Of a DNA stretch of 64,000 bases, positions 12,997 through 25,705 are shown in pieces (position 1 is the first letter of the stretch; the number at the start of each line of letters is the position of its first letter). The stretch spans positions 16,042,998 through 16,106,997 of the forward strand of contig CM082578.2 of the NCBI GenBank assembly GCA_040954595.2, in the 5' to 3' direction. This stretch comes from Balanoglossus misakiensis. Taxonomy: Eukaryota; Animalia; Hemichordata. The translations under genes and the position numbers were made by a program. The notes beneath the pieces were generated by a model that was given only the letters and a program-made list of their open reading frames with translations, was not told the DNA's origin and made no database searches.

Positions 12997-15900
12997 AAGT
13001 ATGTAAACTACTTACACCTGTTTTTTTTTAGTCTGTTTATTTCACAAACATTTATTAATTAGTCATTTATGTCCAAACATGAGTGCCATGGTAAAGTGAT
13101 CTCACAATGGAATGATTGCACTCGAAGGCATTGAGTAGTTCATGGCAGTTCATGGAATCTGGTTTTCTCTGAAGAGACAATTTGTTTGCATCATGATATC
13201 TGACACCGTATGTGATGTATGGGCCCAGGAGTATTGGTCAAGTCGTTCATGCAAAACTCTAAGGTTGACTTTTAGGTCGGTTCGATGGCGACAGAGTTCT
13301 TTGTGACTTTTCATCAGTTTTATAATTATGAAGTGAATTCTTGCAAGATTTCCAGGACATGCTGTTCCAAAGAGCGCCATCACGTGACATTTTTGAATCA
13401 GATTTATCTACATTATGTTCAATATCGTCACGAGGAAGACTTGTCTGAAATCATCTTGATCCGAAACGTTGATGTATCGACAAGATGTCCAATATTGATT
13501 TCATAGGCTTTCTCGTCTATAAGTATTATATTTTATTATTTTCGAACCTTATCTTTGAGAAACGTTTCCAGTCATCATAATTCAGGAAATGACCACCACT
13601 TGAGGGCGCTGGTACAAACGAGCATATACTGGTAACCATGTCCAACCTCTTCATCAATTTGTATATAAGTTTGTGGTGTACAGATATGGTCAGAAGTGAT
13701 GACATTTCTTTTAATTGTGTCGCAGTAACAATTTGTCGATTGCGTTTTGATTGGTTGCGAGAGTAAATTTCTTGAGTGTAATGTAATTATTTTGGACTTT
13801 TGCTGCAGTGTGTGTTGTCTAAATTTCTTTTTGTCATGTTGATTGTATCATTCTAAATTTGCATAACAACTTTACCGCTACTGTTCCATCTGGCTGATTC
13901 TCCAACCAGCCAATCATTTCCATCCATACATCTGCCTGATTTTAATACGCTAATAGTGTCGTTCTGTACCTTTGCCCCGTCACCACGTCGTTCTTCAACA
14001 GATAAAAGCAAAAGCTTGAAGAAGCCTTTCAGTTGAAGACTGTAGCCTGAACAGCCGCAACATGTAACTTGAAGTTCTCTATGTTTTCAGGTTAGTAAAT
14101 TTTCCACAATTTTACGGACACGTTAGTTAATTTAAATACACTTTTGACGTGAGGAAAACGTAGGAAGATTGTGGGCCTCAGAGCAGCGTGGTCTGAAATC
14201 AGTTCTTGTCCACGAACGATAGAGGGCGCGCGGACTCAAACCATAAAATCAACGAAACCAATAGATGGATACTTGAGTATCAAAATGATAGTCAAGTCTT
14301 CCGGCTTTCTCGAGTGATTTCTAGTTGGCCGTGCTGGTAAAGTAATCTTGATCGCTCCATCCATCTAAGTCTCTCTCGGTGACCTTGACAACGCCACGGA
14401 AAGCAGTAATTTTAACATTGTCACGGTCAACGTTTCCGTTCTCAGGTGTCTCACGTTTCAAAGTAGAAATGTAAGCTTATGCTCAAATTAAGACGCGAAT
14501 AAAACGCCTAAAATAAAATGCATCACAAAGATTATATCTCGCACAATTGTTCAGTGGTAAGTGTCTGTCAGTGACACAGACTGTCTCACTCAGTAGCCAA
14601 CCCAGCTTAGTCGCATATGCAATATGCTTTCTGACCCTGTATTCCGTGAGGAGAAATATAGGAACAGCTGCATGTCGGAGCAGCTAAGAACTAGTCTAAG
14701 ACCAGCGAAAGGGCTTGAGAGAGTCTGTATCAATGACACAACCATGGCAGTAGTTGATGATGTTAAAATTCGTAGTACATGCGCACATTAAGAAGTCCGT
14801 GACGGCATTTCAATCCTACACTAATTTACATATTATCACCAACTGCCAGAATTCTACCAATTTGTCAAAACCATTTCGGCGTCACCCCACTCCCTTCTGT
14901 ATGTTAATTGTGACACGGTCCAGCTTCCTTCTCTTGAACCACTGTAGTACCATGGTAACAGGGTCAAATGTCAAATGCTTTTCTTACTGGCGTCGCATAT
15001 TGGCCAGTGTTGTTCTTCCAGGTGCATACCACACGCATACTAAATACGTCGACAATGATTTATGATCTTCCAAGTTGATGCAAGCGGATGAAGGTTTCTT
15101 ACTCTCACGGTAGTTGTTAATTGAGTAGCTTAATCTTTTCGACGAAATATTTCAACTTAGTTAGCATCAAATTAATTCGCGATTGCGTCAAATTTGCACG
15201 AAGTTTTGTATTGGATGAGGGGGTAAAGAAACATGGTTTTATAGCATTGACAAGCTTTGGCCATTTTTTTAGAATTGCCCTTCATATAAATGTTGAATTA
15301 GATTGATGGGCTGTTTCTCGCATTGTGGGCAAAGCTTGTTCGAAGCAGTCGATTACTAAGTCGAGAGAGGGTGATTTGTAAGCTTACCGAATGATGAAAA
15401 GACAGTCAATGATGACAAGCGAAGAGATTTGGGACTAACATGGTCAGAATTAGAAGACCTTGTATCGAAGAAAGAAAGGTACTTTTTTCCTATGATTAAA
15501 TTTGCATTTCAATCCTCGAATGTTCCCACTTTTCTGCAAGTTTTCCCTCAGACAAAATGTTTATTGTCTGAGGTTTATCGTAAAAGGCGATTACGTGTCA
15601 TCCAGACTGCCACTGTTGAACTGGCGGTGCAAAAACTGTTTTGAAATCCAAGTACTGTGATAACGATGACGTATATGGAGCAAGAGGCCAGTGTGTGTAC
15701 GTGTAATGTTTTACAGACAGAAACGATGTTCTCGAATGTATATATTTGGGATGTTTTATCATCGGCCATCCCTCTCGTTCGGCTGCAGTGATGGGTACGA
15801 TTCGTCAGATCAAAGTCTGATGGGGTTAGCAGGTCGCGCGAAGAAGTTGTCCAATACAGTCTCTCTTATCTTGGTGAATCCCAGACTGGAGTCGGCCTCA

Positions 15901-18111
15901 TGCATGGAATATGACTGTATGTTAAATCCGTTTAAAACACGACCCCGCATGACCCTCAGAGCATAGCATCGCCGCTTGGAAAGTGATTCCACACATCCGG
16001 TCGGCATGCGAGCGTCGATGAGCTTTGCAGTCGTCAGTGTTTGAATCATGTAGTAAAAGTATGTTGACCTAAGGTCCCTCTTCGTTGTCATCTGTCGTCA
16101 GTTGTGGAGTCGACTCAAATCGATGAGTAATTTGGTAGCAGTGAACACCGACACGTAAATGTCAGTGAAGATTACAATGGAATAAATATGTATCTGCAAT
16201 TAGTCAGTCAGTCAGTCAGTGAATCAATCGATTGATCAATCAATCAATCGACTAATCAATCCTGATTTGAAAGAAAATGGTATATATTCAGCTGGTAGGA
16301 TAATGTTTACATTCATGACTGTGTTTTACATGTAAGATGGTAATTTTGGGGCGATATTTAACTCAAACAAAGTGGTACACTTAAAAAAATAGAAAAGTTT
16401 ACGTGAGAAACAACTAAAATATGCGTTTGAAAAGGAAGTGATCTGAACGTTTGCCCTTCCTAAAAATGTGACGTCAGCTTCATGGTTTACTTTCTGTATT
16501 GTTATTATATCTGGATATATTGATATCAAATTTACATATCTTGCGTCTGTATGGCATTTGTCCAGCTGTGACACAAACGACAATCTTGTAAAATTAAACC
16601 ACGACCAATATGTCCTTGACTATGGTCTTTCATCATTTAGCAGCAATGTGTCACGTGATCAACCAAGATGCAATCCTCATCATGTTTAAAGGGTTACGGC
16701 TTAAAACAGTTACACCTCTACGCAGCAAATTATGTAACTAGCGCAAAATTTAGTCCACTCTTTCCCCTGTCAATAAATGTTCTCGTGATATTTGAGATCG
16801 GTAGTGTCACGGGCGTAAAATCCCGGCAGTAAATTTTATGAGATTTTCCCCTTCGTCTTTTCAATGTAAAAAAGAGACTGTTTCTTCATCTACTTCCGTG
16901 ACAACGGGTCTTCTGACAGAAAGTATCAAAATAATTATAATAAATGATATTGTGCAATATAATCAGAGGCCAACAAATATTTGATGCGAAATTTGATTCA
17001 ACTGAAAACATGATAGGGGATATTTCTTGCAGAGTGATATCACGCCATTCAGAACGCCATTTTTGGACGAAAATCAAAATGTAATCTAACGACCAGGAAG
17101 TCTTAAATAAGCAGTATATAATGCACATTATTATTTCATTTATATATCCCAAGTAAATTATGTAAAGCCATCTCGTAATTGTGTGAATTTACATCTTTCA
17201 TTTTTAATGTGAGAGCCAGCTTTCTGATGTATATATTCAGTTATTCAAGACTGTCAAACAGAAAGATAGAGAAGAAACCAAAGACTTTGATGAATTGTTG
17301 ACTGGTGGAAGTTCTTCATCTTCGCTAGTCATGTAATGCTTATTTATGGCAGTGGATTGACCAAGCCAAGCCGTGTCATGTCAGTTCCTTTACACACAAG
17401 GATTTTATTTTAAATGGTGCCTTGACCAGCTCACTGTCGTTCGTGATTTATAGCTATCCCATCGCCCTCGATAGCTCCCATGTCTCGAGGGCTATCTGGA
17501 TGTCCAATCACAAACTACTGTTGACCCTCTCTGTACTGTCTGATAAAGTTCCTAGTTACATAATAGTATTAATACAGATACGCAGAGCTTCTTTGAAGAG
17601 CGGAAAAGAAGTCGTTGTGTTCTGTGGATGTAAGGCCCAGCTTTCTGCGAGAAGTCACATGTTTTCCGCAACTATAAACTGCATGGTTTCATGAGCATAG
17701 CAAACGGCGGAAACGGACACTCTGTTCCGTGGAGATATCACTGTATATGGTAATCAAATATGTATAGACGATGTTAGGACTGGACTGAGGCCAGTAGTGA
17801 AAATAAAGTTCTTGTTTTCCTAATAGAGAATGTGCAAATACCGGAAGTACGGAAAGACATGAGAGGGGGCCCCATCTGTGGTTATGACGCGTGAACGAGT
17901 CACGCTGAGACGGTTCTCCTGTCACTCACTGCAGAACGTTTACACGATCAGCGGTTAACAGTGAACACGGTTCGCTCGCAGTCGGAATTTCGAACGGCAT
18001 CATACATATTCATAGCTCGATTACAGCTGAAAGCGAGGTGAAGGCACACACAGACAAGTGGAGAAATCGGGCACAGCACCCCGGATTCGACGAGACCGAG
18101 AACGCCTCGAA

Positions 18112-19173
18112 ATGGGTGAAAACCACGAGGAAGGGGTCGCGGAGGAGTTCGGAATAAGCCCCGGAGGGAACCCGCTCGTCAGTGTCCACGGCTCTCCGGT
18201 GACGCACTGCGAACTACAAGAGTTAGACTGTGACATTTCCGAAGACACATTTAGCAAGGAGTGGAAAAAACAGGAGCTGGTCTTCGATGTTGACGATATC
18301 ATCAAAGAAATCAGAAAATCGTATGACATTGACGAGGAGGAGGCGGGGGAGGATGAGGATTTCGACGGTGGTGAATTTACAAAACTAGACCTCGACAGCG
18401 ACGACGACGACGAGGTAGGCGAGAGTCGTAAATGTCATGTCCCGGCAGATGCTGGCGGAGAAAGTATGTCGTCTGTCTCGGACGATGATTCCTGGAGCGA
18501 AGTTGAGTGCAACGATGACTTCGCCTGGGATGATTATATACCACTCTCGACTTTATCGGACGATACGGACACTTTAGAAATGCTGTGTGACGAAGTCAAA
18601 CAGGATGATGAACACTACCAGACAGTCAAACTTGGCGAAAAACTTTATTATATCGACCTAGATGTCGTCAAACAGTATAAGGGTATCATCTCTTACGGTG
18701 GAACTTTGGGAACAGATAACACTGCCTTATTTACTATTTCGGGACACGATCTACCGCAGCGAAAGAAGAAATCACCACATTACGTTTACACTATGGAGAA
18801 TCTATTTCTTCACGCGATTATCACGGTCGACATTCTATCGACCGCTGGTTATGTGCTAGTTTACTTCTGTGGGCGCTCAAGGAAAACGCTACCACCAGTA
18901 TGGTGGCTGAAGAAAATGTACGCCGTCTTGGACAAAAGGCTCCGCAAAAGCGTCTCCAAAATTTACGTGGTGCACCCGTCTTTCTGGATGAAAGCCGCTC
19001 TCAAAGTCGTCCAGCCTTTCATGAACAGCAAACTTATACACAAAATTCAAATGGTTCAGAGTTTGAGTGAATTGAAGAAGCTCGTACCAATGGAGTTCAT
19101 GTATGTACCCGAAGAGGCGACCAAGTTGGACAGTGAAATCAATAAGGGGGCCGTCTATCAGAACACTTCATGA
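18112..19173 (+). CDS. BNIP2/caytaxin/PRUNE2-like BCH (CRAL-TRIO-like) domain protein, 353 aa, intronless CDS
   Basis: Single ORF; first ATG at 18112, with an in-frame TGA upstream at 18028. Acidic N-terminal half. C-terminal half matches the BCH consensus: IDLDVVKQYKGIISYGG...YTMENLFL...YVLVYF...WLKKMYAVLDKRLRKSVSKIYVVHPSFW...PFMNSK...SLSELKKLVPM. An acceptor-like site at 17933-17934 suggests upstream non-coding exon(s). Confidence 0.9.
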   Translation: MGENHEEGVAEEFGISPGGNPLVSVHGSPVTHCELQELDCDISEDTFSKEWKKQELVFDVDDIIKEIRKSYDIDEEEAGEDEDFDGGEFTKLDLDSDDDDEVGESRKCHVPADAGGESMSSVSDDDSWSEVECNDDFAWDDYIPLSTLSDDTDTLEMLCDEVKQDDEHYQTVKLGEKLYYIDLDVVKQYKGIISYGGTLGTDNTALFTISGHDLPQRKKKSPHYVYTMENLFLHAIITVDILSTAGYVLVYFCGRSRKTLPPVWWLKKMYAVLDKRLRKSVSKIYVVHPSFWMKAALKVVQPFMNSKLIHKIQMVQSLSELKKLVPMEFMYVPEEATKLDSEINKGAVYQNTS

Positions 19174-21778
19174 TCACTTGAAGCGTTTGGGAAGAAAACC
19201 AACCATTCCATGGTGAAGACTGTGTTTTAATAATGGTTTTAAATCGATGATTCAGCAGAATGTAACCAGTGCTATTTATTCGCGACAGTGGGTGCTGCAC
19301 ACACTAAGTGACCAAAGCTGTCTCCAATCATGTATAGCTCTGATCTTTACTGCGCATTCGCCAAATACCAGAAATTGCTGGCTGCTGTTGTATATCAAAC
19401 TGACTAGGCCTAGACACACCCGAAGGGGGATACGCACAGAGCGTAACCAGGTTGACGTTGGAAATCTTTCAAGAGGTTGCAATTCTCAATATATCGATGC
19501 CTTGGTCATCTTGCTGGGACAGAGGCAGATAGCCGACAAGGACAACAGCGACAGAAGATTTGTTATCATAACATAAAGTGGCCCCTTGGTCCGGGGTTCG
19601 TCTTATAGGGATCATGGGATCACGTGACGTATAGGTCAACAAGATCTCCATGCTGCAAACTAGCGCTCTCAAGTTGCAACAGAAAAAATCTCGTGTTAGG
19701 CAGCTTGGTTTCTTTAACTGAAATTACAACTCATGTTATCTTGTCTCTGACAACTATTAATCATGACAAAAGTGGCATGATTTCATGTTGTGTCAATGTC
19801 GGAGTCAACTATTCTATGTCAATTTTAATGACTACATTACTATATAAATAAACAGATAAGTAAATGAAAACATTTGCAAAATTTGTTTAAATCAGTCCAT
19901 TTTTGCTTTCAGCGTATCATTTGTATGACCTGTGTATGTATGTTTGAATAAGTTCGACTATGTGCATGATCACTACAAGAAATGCAACAAGTTCACTAGT
20001 ACATTGTATTGGATTGGATTTGTTTATAACAAATAACCAGGTTAGGTCATGGTAACTTTGACATGTGACGTACATCTGCATATGATGTGTGGTTTAGGGT
20101 GTGCGCATGGCTCCCCGCAGGGTAAGTTGATATACCGATGGCGTGACGGAATGACACCACCGACAAAGCTGACACGATCTTTTCTGCGCGGTCAATGGCA
20201 TTGTTTTCATGTTTATGTAGATTGTTTAAATTTTAAAGAGTGAAACTTGTGCGATTCGCACTTTTATAACTTGTTTTCCCCCAAGGCGTGTGCATATCAT
20301 TTACAAGTGCGTATGTATAAGCTTATCCACCCTATCGATATCGAATCAACAGACATAGGCCTATATCTCTGCTCTTGAAATCCGTCACTTCGGATGCTTA
20401 CGTCAAGAGAAAACACTCTCCCTCGGAACCGTGTTAAACCCCATGTAAACGAGGTGACTTTTCAGCAACTCTCGAAAACATAACAACCAGGGAACCAGAG
20501 TTCGGCAATAAATTTTTGTACAGATTAAACAAAATGTGTTTTGTGGCCTATATAGGCCTTGTAGCTTGAAGACCAGGCGGCGTGTATCCCGACACCATCA
20601 GATATAACATTGATTCACAGAGCGTGAAGGTTGTGGCTAGTACACATGCATGCGTCACTGCACAGGATGATCTTTGGAACACCTTATAAACTTGACGAGC
20701 AATTGACACCATTCCGATGAATGGGACATAGGCCTACCGTCGAAACTTATGTAACCGAAAGACTGTACATTTTTGCAAGCACAACACAGACCAGGGACAT
20801 GTCAATAGACATCCCGTGTGTGCATATGATGACATGCGTTTTCAGCGGAATTTCCTATATTAGACGAAAGCGTGGATTTCCGATCCGAGAGCTGTCCGCT
20901 CTTTGTGTCTGCATTATCTTTCAAGGAACCGCTTTATAGTCTTCATTTCCTTTCTTTCATGAACACGTTCAATAGCGCCAAAGTTACCTTTTCCGTTCCA
21001 ATTATACCTGACCCTGTAAACCAATGAGAACGTGTATAACCAGGGTAATTTCAAAATCTTTTCTTCCACAGTGATAAGTCATTTGTTTCACTTTTGAAGT
21101 GTAGGGGTATGATGTAGTTTTGCGGCTTTTGGATCTCGCGAACGAAACATGTCAAAACAGTTTCTTCCATTACAAATTGCTCAAAATGGATTGGTGTCAC
21201 TTTCACATATTTGAAGGGGAAATTTTAAAAGGGTCATCATTCCTCAATACCCAAATTATTTGTCAAAAGCGTTCTGTTTAAGTTTGCCATGAACAAAGAT
21301 TGTGAGGAATGTAAAACAGGCTCCAATAGAGCGTCAAATCCTGACAAGCCACACACGGGATCAAAACAGCGCCCTCAATAGCAGTGGGCGCACCTGGAGC
21401 ATCCCAGGGTGACACCTTTGCTAAAGAAATCGTGACTCTTCTCTAAATTGATTGAAAGGACAGTAGCCAATCAAATGCTTGAACAGAAAGGATAAAGAGG
21501 AAATCTATGCCATCACTCTCAGGCTGCTTATTGGCTGTTTGTGACTTGAAGTCGCCTGATGGTTCCTCATGTGTCTGGACAACTATTTGACAGAGATAAC
21601 ATGGCCTACGTAATAGGGCAACCAAAATAACATATTGTAAATGATTCGTGGGTTCAGCTGAGATTCAACTATGTACGTTCAGCTTGTTTGGTCAAGTGAG
21701 ACGCAGTGGTCAGTGAAATTTAGTCTGCGAGGACAGCGAGGTCATCACAGGCATAAAGGTCACCGCCCGAGGGCGTAC

Positions 21779-21786
21779 TATATAAA
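21779..21786 (+). promoter_or_regulatory. TATA box upstream of PM20D1
   Basis: TATATAAA ~157 nt upstream of the first in-frame ATG. Confidence 0.45.
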
Positions 21787-21935
21787 ACACAAGTGAAAGA
21801 CACAATATACGCTGAGGTGTTTTGCTTTTTGGAAAAAAAGCTATATTATTTATTCATTACACTGCAACATGTACCCGCTGTAGTGTTACTTTTAATTAAC
21901 CACTTATCAATCTATGTGATTTGACATTTTTGCGA

Positions 21936-24900
21936 ATGGAAACCGGACCTGTCGGAGGTATGATGAAACTCGCCGAGGGTAGGACTTCGAAATTTCGCCT
22001 CTTATCGTTGACTTTAGTTAGTGTATTCGGTTTCCTATTTGTGGTAGTTGTACTCAGAACTGTTACCATTCGTTCAAAGCAACCGCTTGTTCAGGAGTGC
22101 AGCCCTTACGATACCGATTTCATCGCCGCAAGCAACCGACTCAAACACAACCTGCAGAAGGCTGTCACTTTTCAAACCATATCCTACGAGTCTCACAAGC
22201 AAAACACGGAAGAACTGTCCAAGTTTCTGGACTTTCTCCGAGAAGGTACTATGATAATATCATATCACTTTTTGTTCGTAACTTCATTCCTCCCCAGGCG
22301 CTTAGCCTGCGGTTCCGTTGTCATAGAAACGGTGGGGAGAGCAGGAAGGCAAGTGAAAATATGGGAATTAATATGTAGGTCGGTCCTCGGGGCTATACAC
22401 TCAGTGTTATTGCTGCTATCAACCAGGGAAGATATAGGTGATAGCTGCAGTACTGTGCAGCTCAAGGTGTGTTGTTGCCTCGGGAAGGGGGGGGGGGGGG
22501 GGTATTTTAGGTCACGTTTGCCAGCCCACTTCTGCTATAAAAACTGAACATTCTCTTTAGTTTAGTTTATAAATATTCTTTACAGTGTGTGTTTGGAATT
22601 CTTGTCTTTGAGACTTTGTCACTGTTTGAAACAACGTCCCAACATTTGGAAGCAAAAGTGTGTAATCTAGATCAGTGCTGAAGGTAAAGTATTTGTGTAC
22701 TCTCAAGTGACTTTTGCTACACTTTATTAGTTTTTGGGATATTATTTGTAAATTCGGTTTGCTTTTCTTTCAACTAGTATTTCCCAAAGTTCATTCATCA
22801 CCACTGGTGAAGAGGGAAGTCATAAGTAACTACAGTCTACTACTAACAGTGACTGGAAGCAATGAAAGTCTTAAACCATACATACTTGCCGCTCATATGG
22901 ATGTTGTACCAGTGGAAGGACAGTCATGGAACTATCCACCATTTCAAGGCATTGAAGAAGATGGATTTATATATGGCAGAGGAACCATAGATGATAAACA
23001 CTCCCTTATGGTAAGTTGAAGAATTGTTTTGGATAAAGTGATTCACATTGTCTCAAATCTACAAATGCAACTCTATATATAATCCCAAAATATTCAAAGA
23101 ACAATATTGTGGACTAACTATGCTTTGTGGACTGAAAATGAGCAAATTAAAGCATCTGTTTGTATTTTGCAGGGAATATTAGAAGCTTTGGAGTTCAGAC
23201 TAGAAAGAGGAGAAAAACCCAAAAGGACAGTATACATTGCTCTTGGACATGATGAAGAGGTGAGAGACATATTATGTGTCAATCTAATTCAAACAGGTTG
23301 TAGTTGTCTGTGTCATTTTGTTTTTGTTGATTGTTATTTGGCTAAGAAGTTGGATATTTTGTGAGACTCTCTCTTCTTTGAATCTACGCAGGTGCTAGGT
23401 TTTGAAGGAGCTGTATCCATTGCTCAAACATTGGAATCTAGGAAAGCAGAAGTTGAATTTCTAATTGATGAAGGATTGACAATTCTCGATGGCATTGTCC
23501 CCATGATGTCAAAGAATGTAGCACTGTAAGTATCAGTGAGATGATAAAATCCTTTTCCAACAAATCTTGCAATACCATAGGTCAAACCAAAAGTATCATG
23601 TAAGTCGAAATGACACAAGCTTGAAAGACAATTAAAATTAAACTTGCTTGGATTTTTTTTTGCAAGGATTGGTGTAGCAGAGAAAGGCTACTTGACCGTG
23701 ACAGCTGTGTTGAACACAACAAACACAGGACACTCCTCAATGCCACCAAGACATTCAACGATTGGCAAATTAGCCCAGGCTATAACAAGGTCAGTCTAAG
23801 AGAGGGACTGTGGTTTAACACTACAAACGCAGTGCACTTCTGTGTCACCAAGAAATGATATCAGGCTGTCTGTCGATCTGTCTGTCTGTCTGTGTGTGTG
23901 TATGTACATGCCTTAGCTATTGCAACAGATGTGATGACACTTTACCAAAGAGTGTACCACCCATGCTTACATGGAAGAGATACTTGGCTTGTGACAACAT
24001 TTTATCAGCAAATCCCCTGATTCACACATTTTACCAATAGTGTTTTTTTGTTCCAGGTTAGAAGCCAATCCATTGCCTAACATGTTTGGCAAGGGACCTG
24101 AACGGTCAACGTTTGAAGATTTAGCCCCAGAGGTGAAAAAACTGCTTGACTTAAACATTTCTACAATCCATTTTTCACTGAGTTGAAGGGTACACCCATG
24201 ACTGTATGCATGAGGTCTTTAGAGGTGACTTTCATCAATAATAAAAGAGATATACCTGTTCAAAGAAGTGCAATAATTTACATGAACATCTTTATTATTC
24301 CTCAGATGTCATTAGCTGGTCGTATTGTCATGAGTAATTTGTGGCTGTTTTCACCCGTGGTTCGTTGGATAATGTCGTTGAAACCGAGTAGCGATGCTGT
24401 TGCTAGGACAACAACTGCTGTAACTATGTTCAGTGGCGGAATGAAGGTAATTAGAGTGTTAGCCTCATAGGTATGTCAGGTCAGAAAAGACTCGTGTAAA
24501 TATGTTACTTCAGAGATGCTGTGATCATAGCGACTTTTAGCTCCCATTTGGTGTATGTATATATACCAGGAGAGTTTTTGGTCAGTGGCATCTTTGTGTG
24601 TGTCTGTGTGTGTGTAGGTGCCAAAGTTATGTTGAAAATGTCAATGTATTATTTTGAGGGCAATTTTTTGTGAGGGCCATGAAAGTCTTTAATACTATGA
24701 TTTCTTGATTGCAGGAGAATGTTCTGCCACATATGGCTACAGCCACCATCAACCACAGAATACATCCTTCCCAGACAGTTGATCAGGTATGGCAACGTTA
24801 TCTGTCATTATTTTCATGTCTAATGATTTTCAGAAGTTGCATTAGGTTTTTAACTACTATAGACTATACACAATGAAGTCTATTGCAAGTTATGGGATCA

Positions 24901-25705
24901 TCATCATCATCAGTCAGTCTGTCTGTCTGTCTGTCTGTTTGCTTCTCAAATTTGATGTGTATGTATGTATGTGTACGAGTGTGTGTATGTGTGTGTGTGT
25001 GTGTGTACAAATTCTTAATTAAGTGTCCTTGGCATTTTTCTACAGGTATACAAGCATGACTATCAGATTCTTAATCAAGACATAGCTAATGATGATGACA
25101 AAATACAGCTCTTCATAAAAGATATCATTGAACCCTCACACATTTCACCCCATGATGAACAAAGCTTCGGTTACCAAACTATTGTGAAAAGTATCAGACA
25201 AGTTTTCCCAGATGTTGTTGTTGCTCCAGGTAAAATATTTATCTTTTGTCACCTGAAACTTTACATTTCTACTCGATAATTCATAGACAGCCACTGATAA
25301 AAAGTAGTGGCATATACAAGTATGTGATAGTATTTTGTTTCTGTGGTTCAAGCTCTGGGTATAAAGAGTAACATCATAATTTGGATTGTATCAGAAGGGA
25401 TGTGTGTATGATTATTCTGATGCAATGTCATTTACCAAGTTTGAATAAAATGGCACATCTTCTTTTGTAATTTAGGTCTTACCATCGGCAATACTGACAG
25501 CAGACATTACTCGAACTTGACTAAGAATATCTACAGATTTGTGCCAGCAGTACTCGGTCCAAGTGATGTAACACGCATCCATGGTGCAAATGAGAGGATA
25601 TCCATCCGAAACTATGAACAGATTGTCAACTTTTATTATCATATGATGGTGAACGCAGATCAAGAAAAGTTAGACTTGCCACATTCTCACACAGCAGAGT
25701 TATGA
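21936..25705 (+). CDS. PM20D1: PM20D1, M20 family N-fatty-acyl-amino acid synthase/hydrolase, ~529 aa (start may instead be ATG 21960 or 21963)
   Basis: Exons 21936-22245, 22778-23010, 23173-23259, 23392-23525, 23667-23789, 24057-24132, 24306-24446, 24715-24786, 25046-25229, 25476-25705 (1590 nt, phases consistent). N-terminal hydrophobic anchor or signal followed by LRT. M20 metal and catalytic motifs: AHMDVVP, GRGTIDDK, GHDEE, IDEG, GVAEKG, GHSSMPP, GNTDSRHY, RIHGANERI. Confidence 0.95.

Noticed and set aside
14321-14476. Protein-like minus frame AYISTLKRETPENGNVDRDNVKITAFRGVVKVTERDLDGWSDQDYFTSTAN*
   Set aside because: No ATG; the nearest good acceptor (14509-14508) is separated from it by an in-frame stop, so it could not be joined into a gene.
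15396-15478. EKTVNDDKRRDLGLTWSELEDLV resembles the C-terminal end of RTE-type LINE ORFs
   Set aside because: Too short, with no reverse transcriptase sequence nearby.
16092-16193. In-frame TGA upstream of the 93-aa minus ORF as a possible selenocysteine codon
   Set aside because: No redox motif, no recognisable selenoprotein similarity and no SECIS seen.
16939-17141. Loose inverted ends (AATGATATTGTGCAATATA ... TATATAATGCACATTATT) suggesting a MITE
   Set aside because: The match is AT-rich and degenerate, with no clear target-site duplication.
18058-18111. ORF-track GTG start of the BCH gene (likewise TTG/GTG starts at 21921, 26368, 27722, 53873 and 59638)
   Set aside because: This is a eukaryotic locus; real starts are downstream ATGs, or these positions fall within or next to spliced exons.
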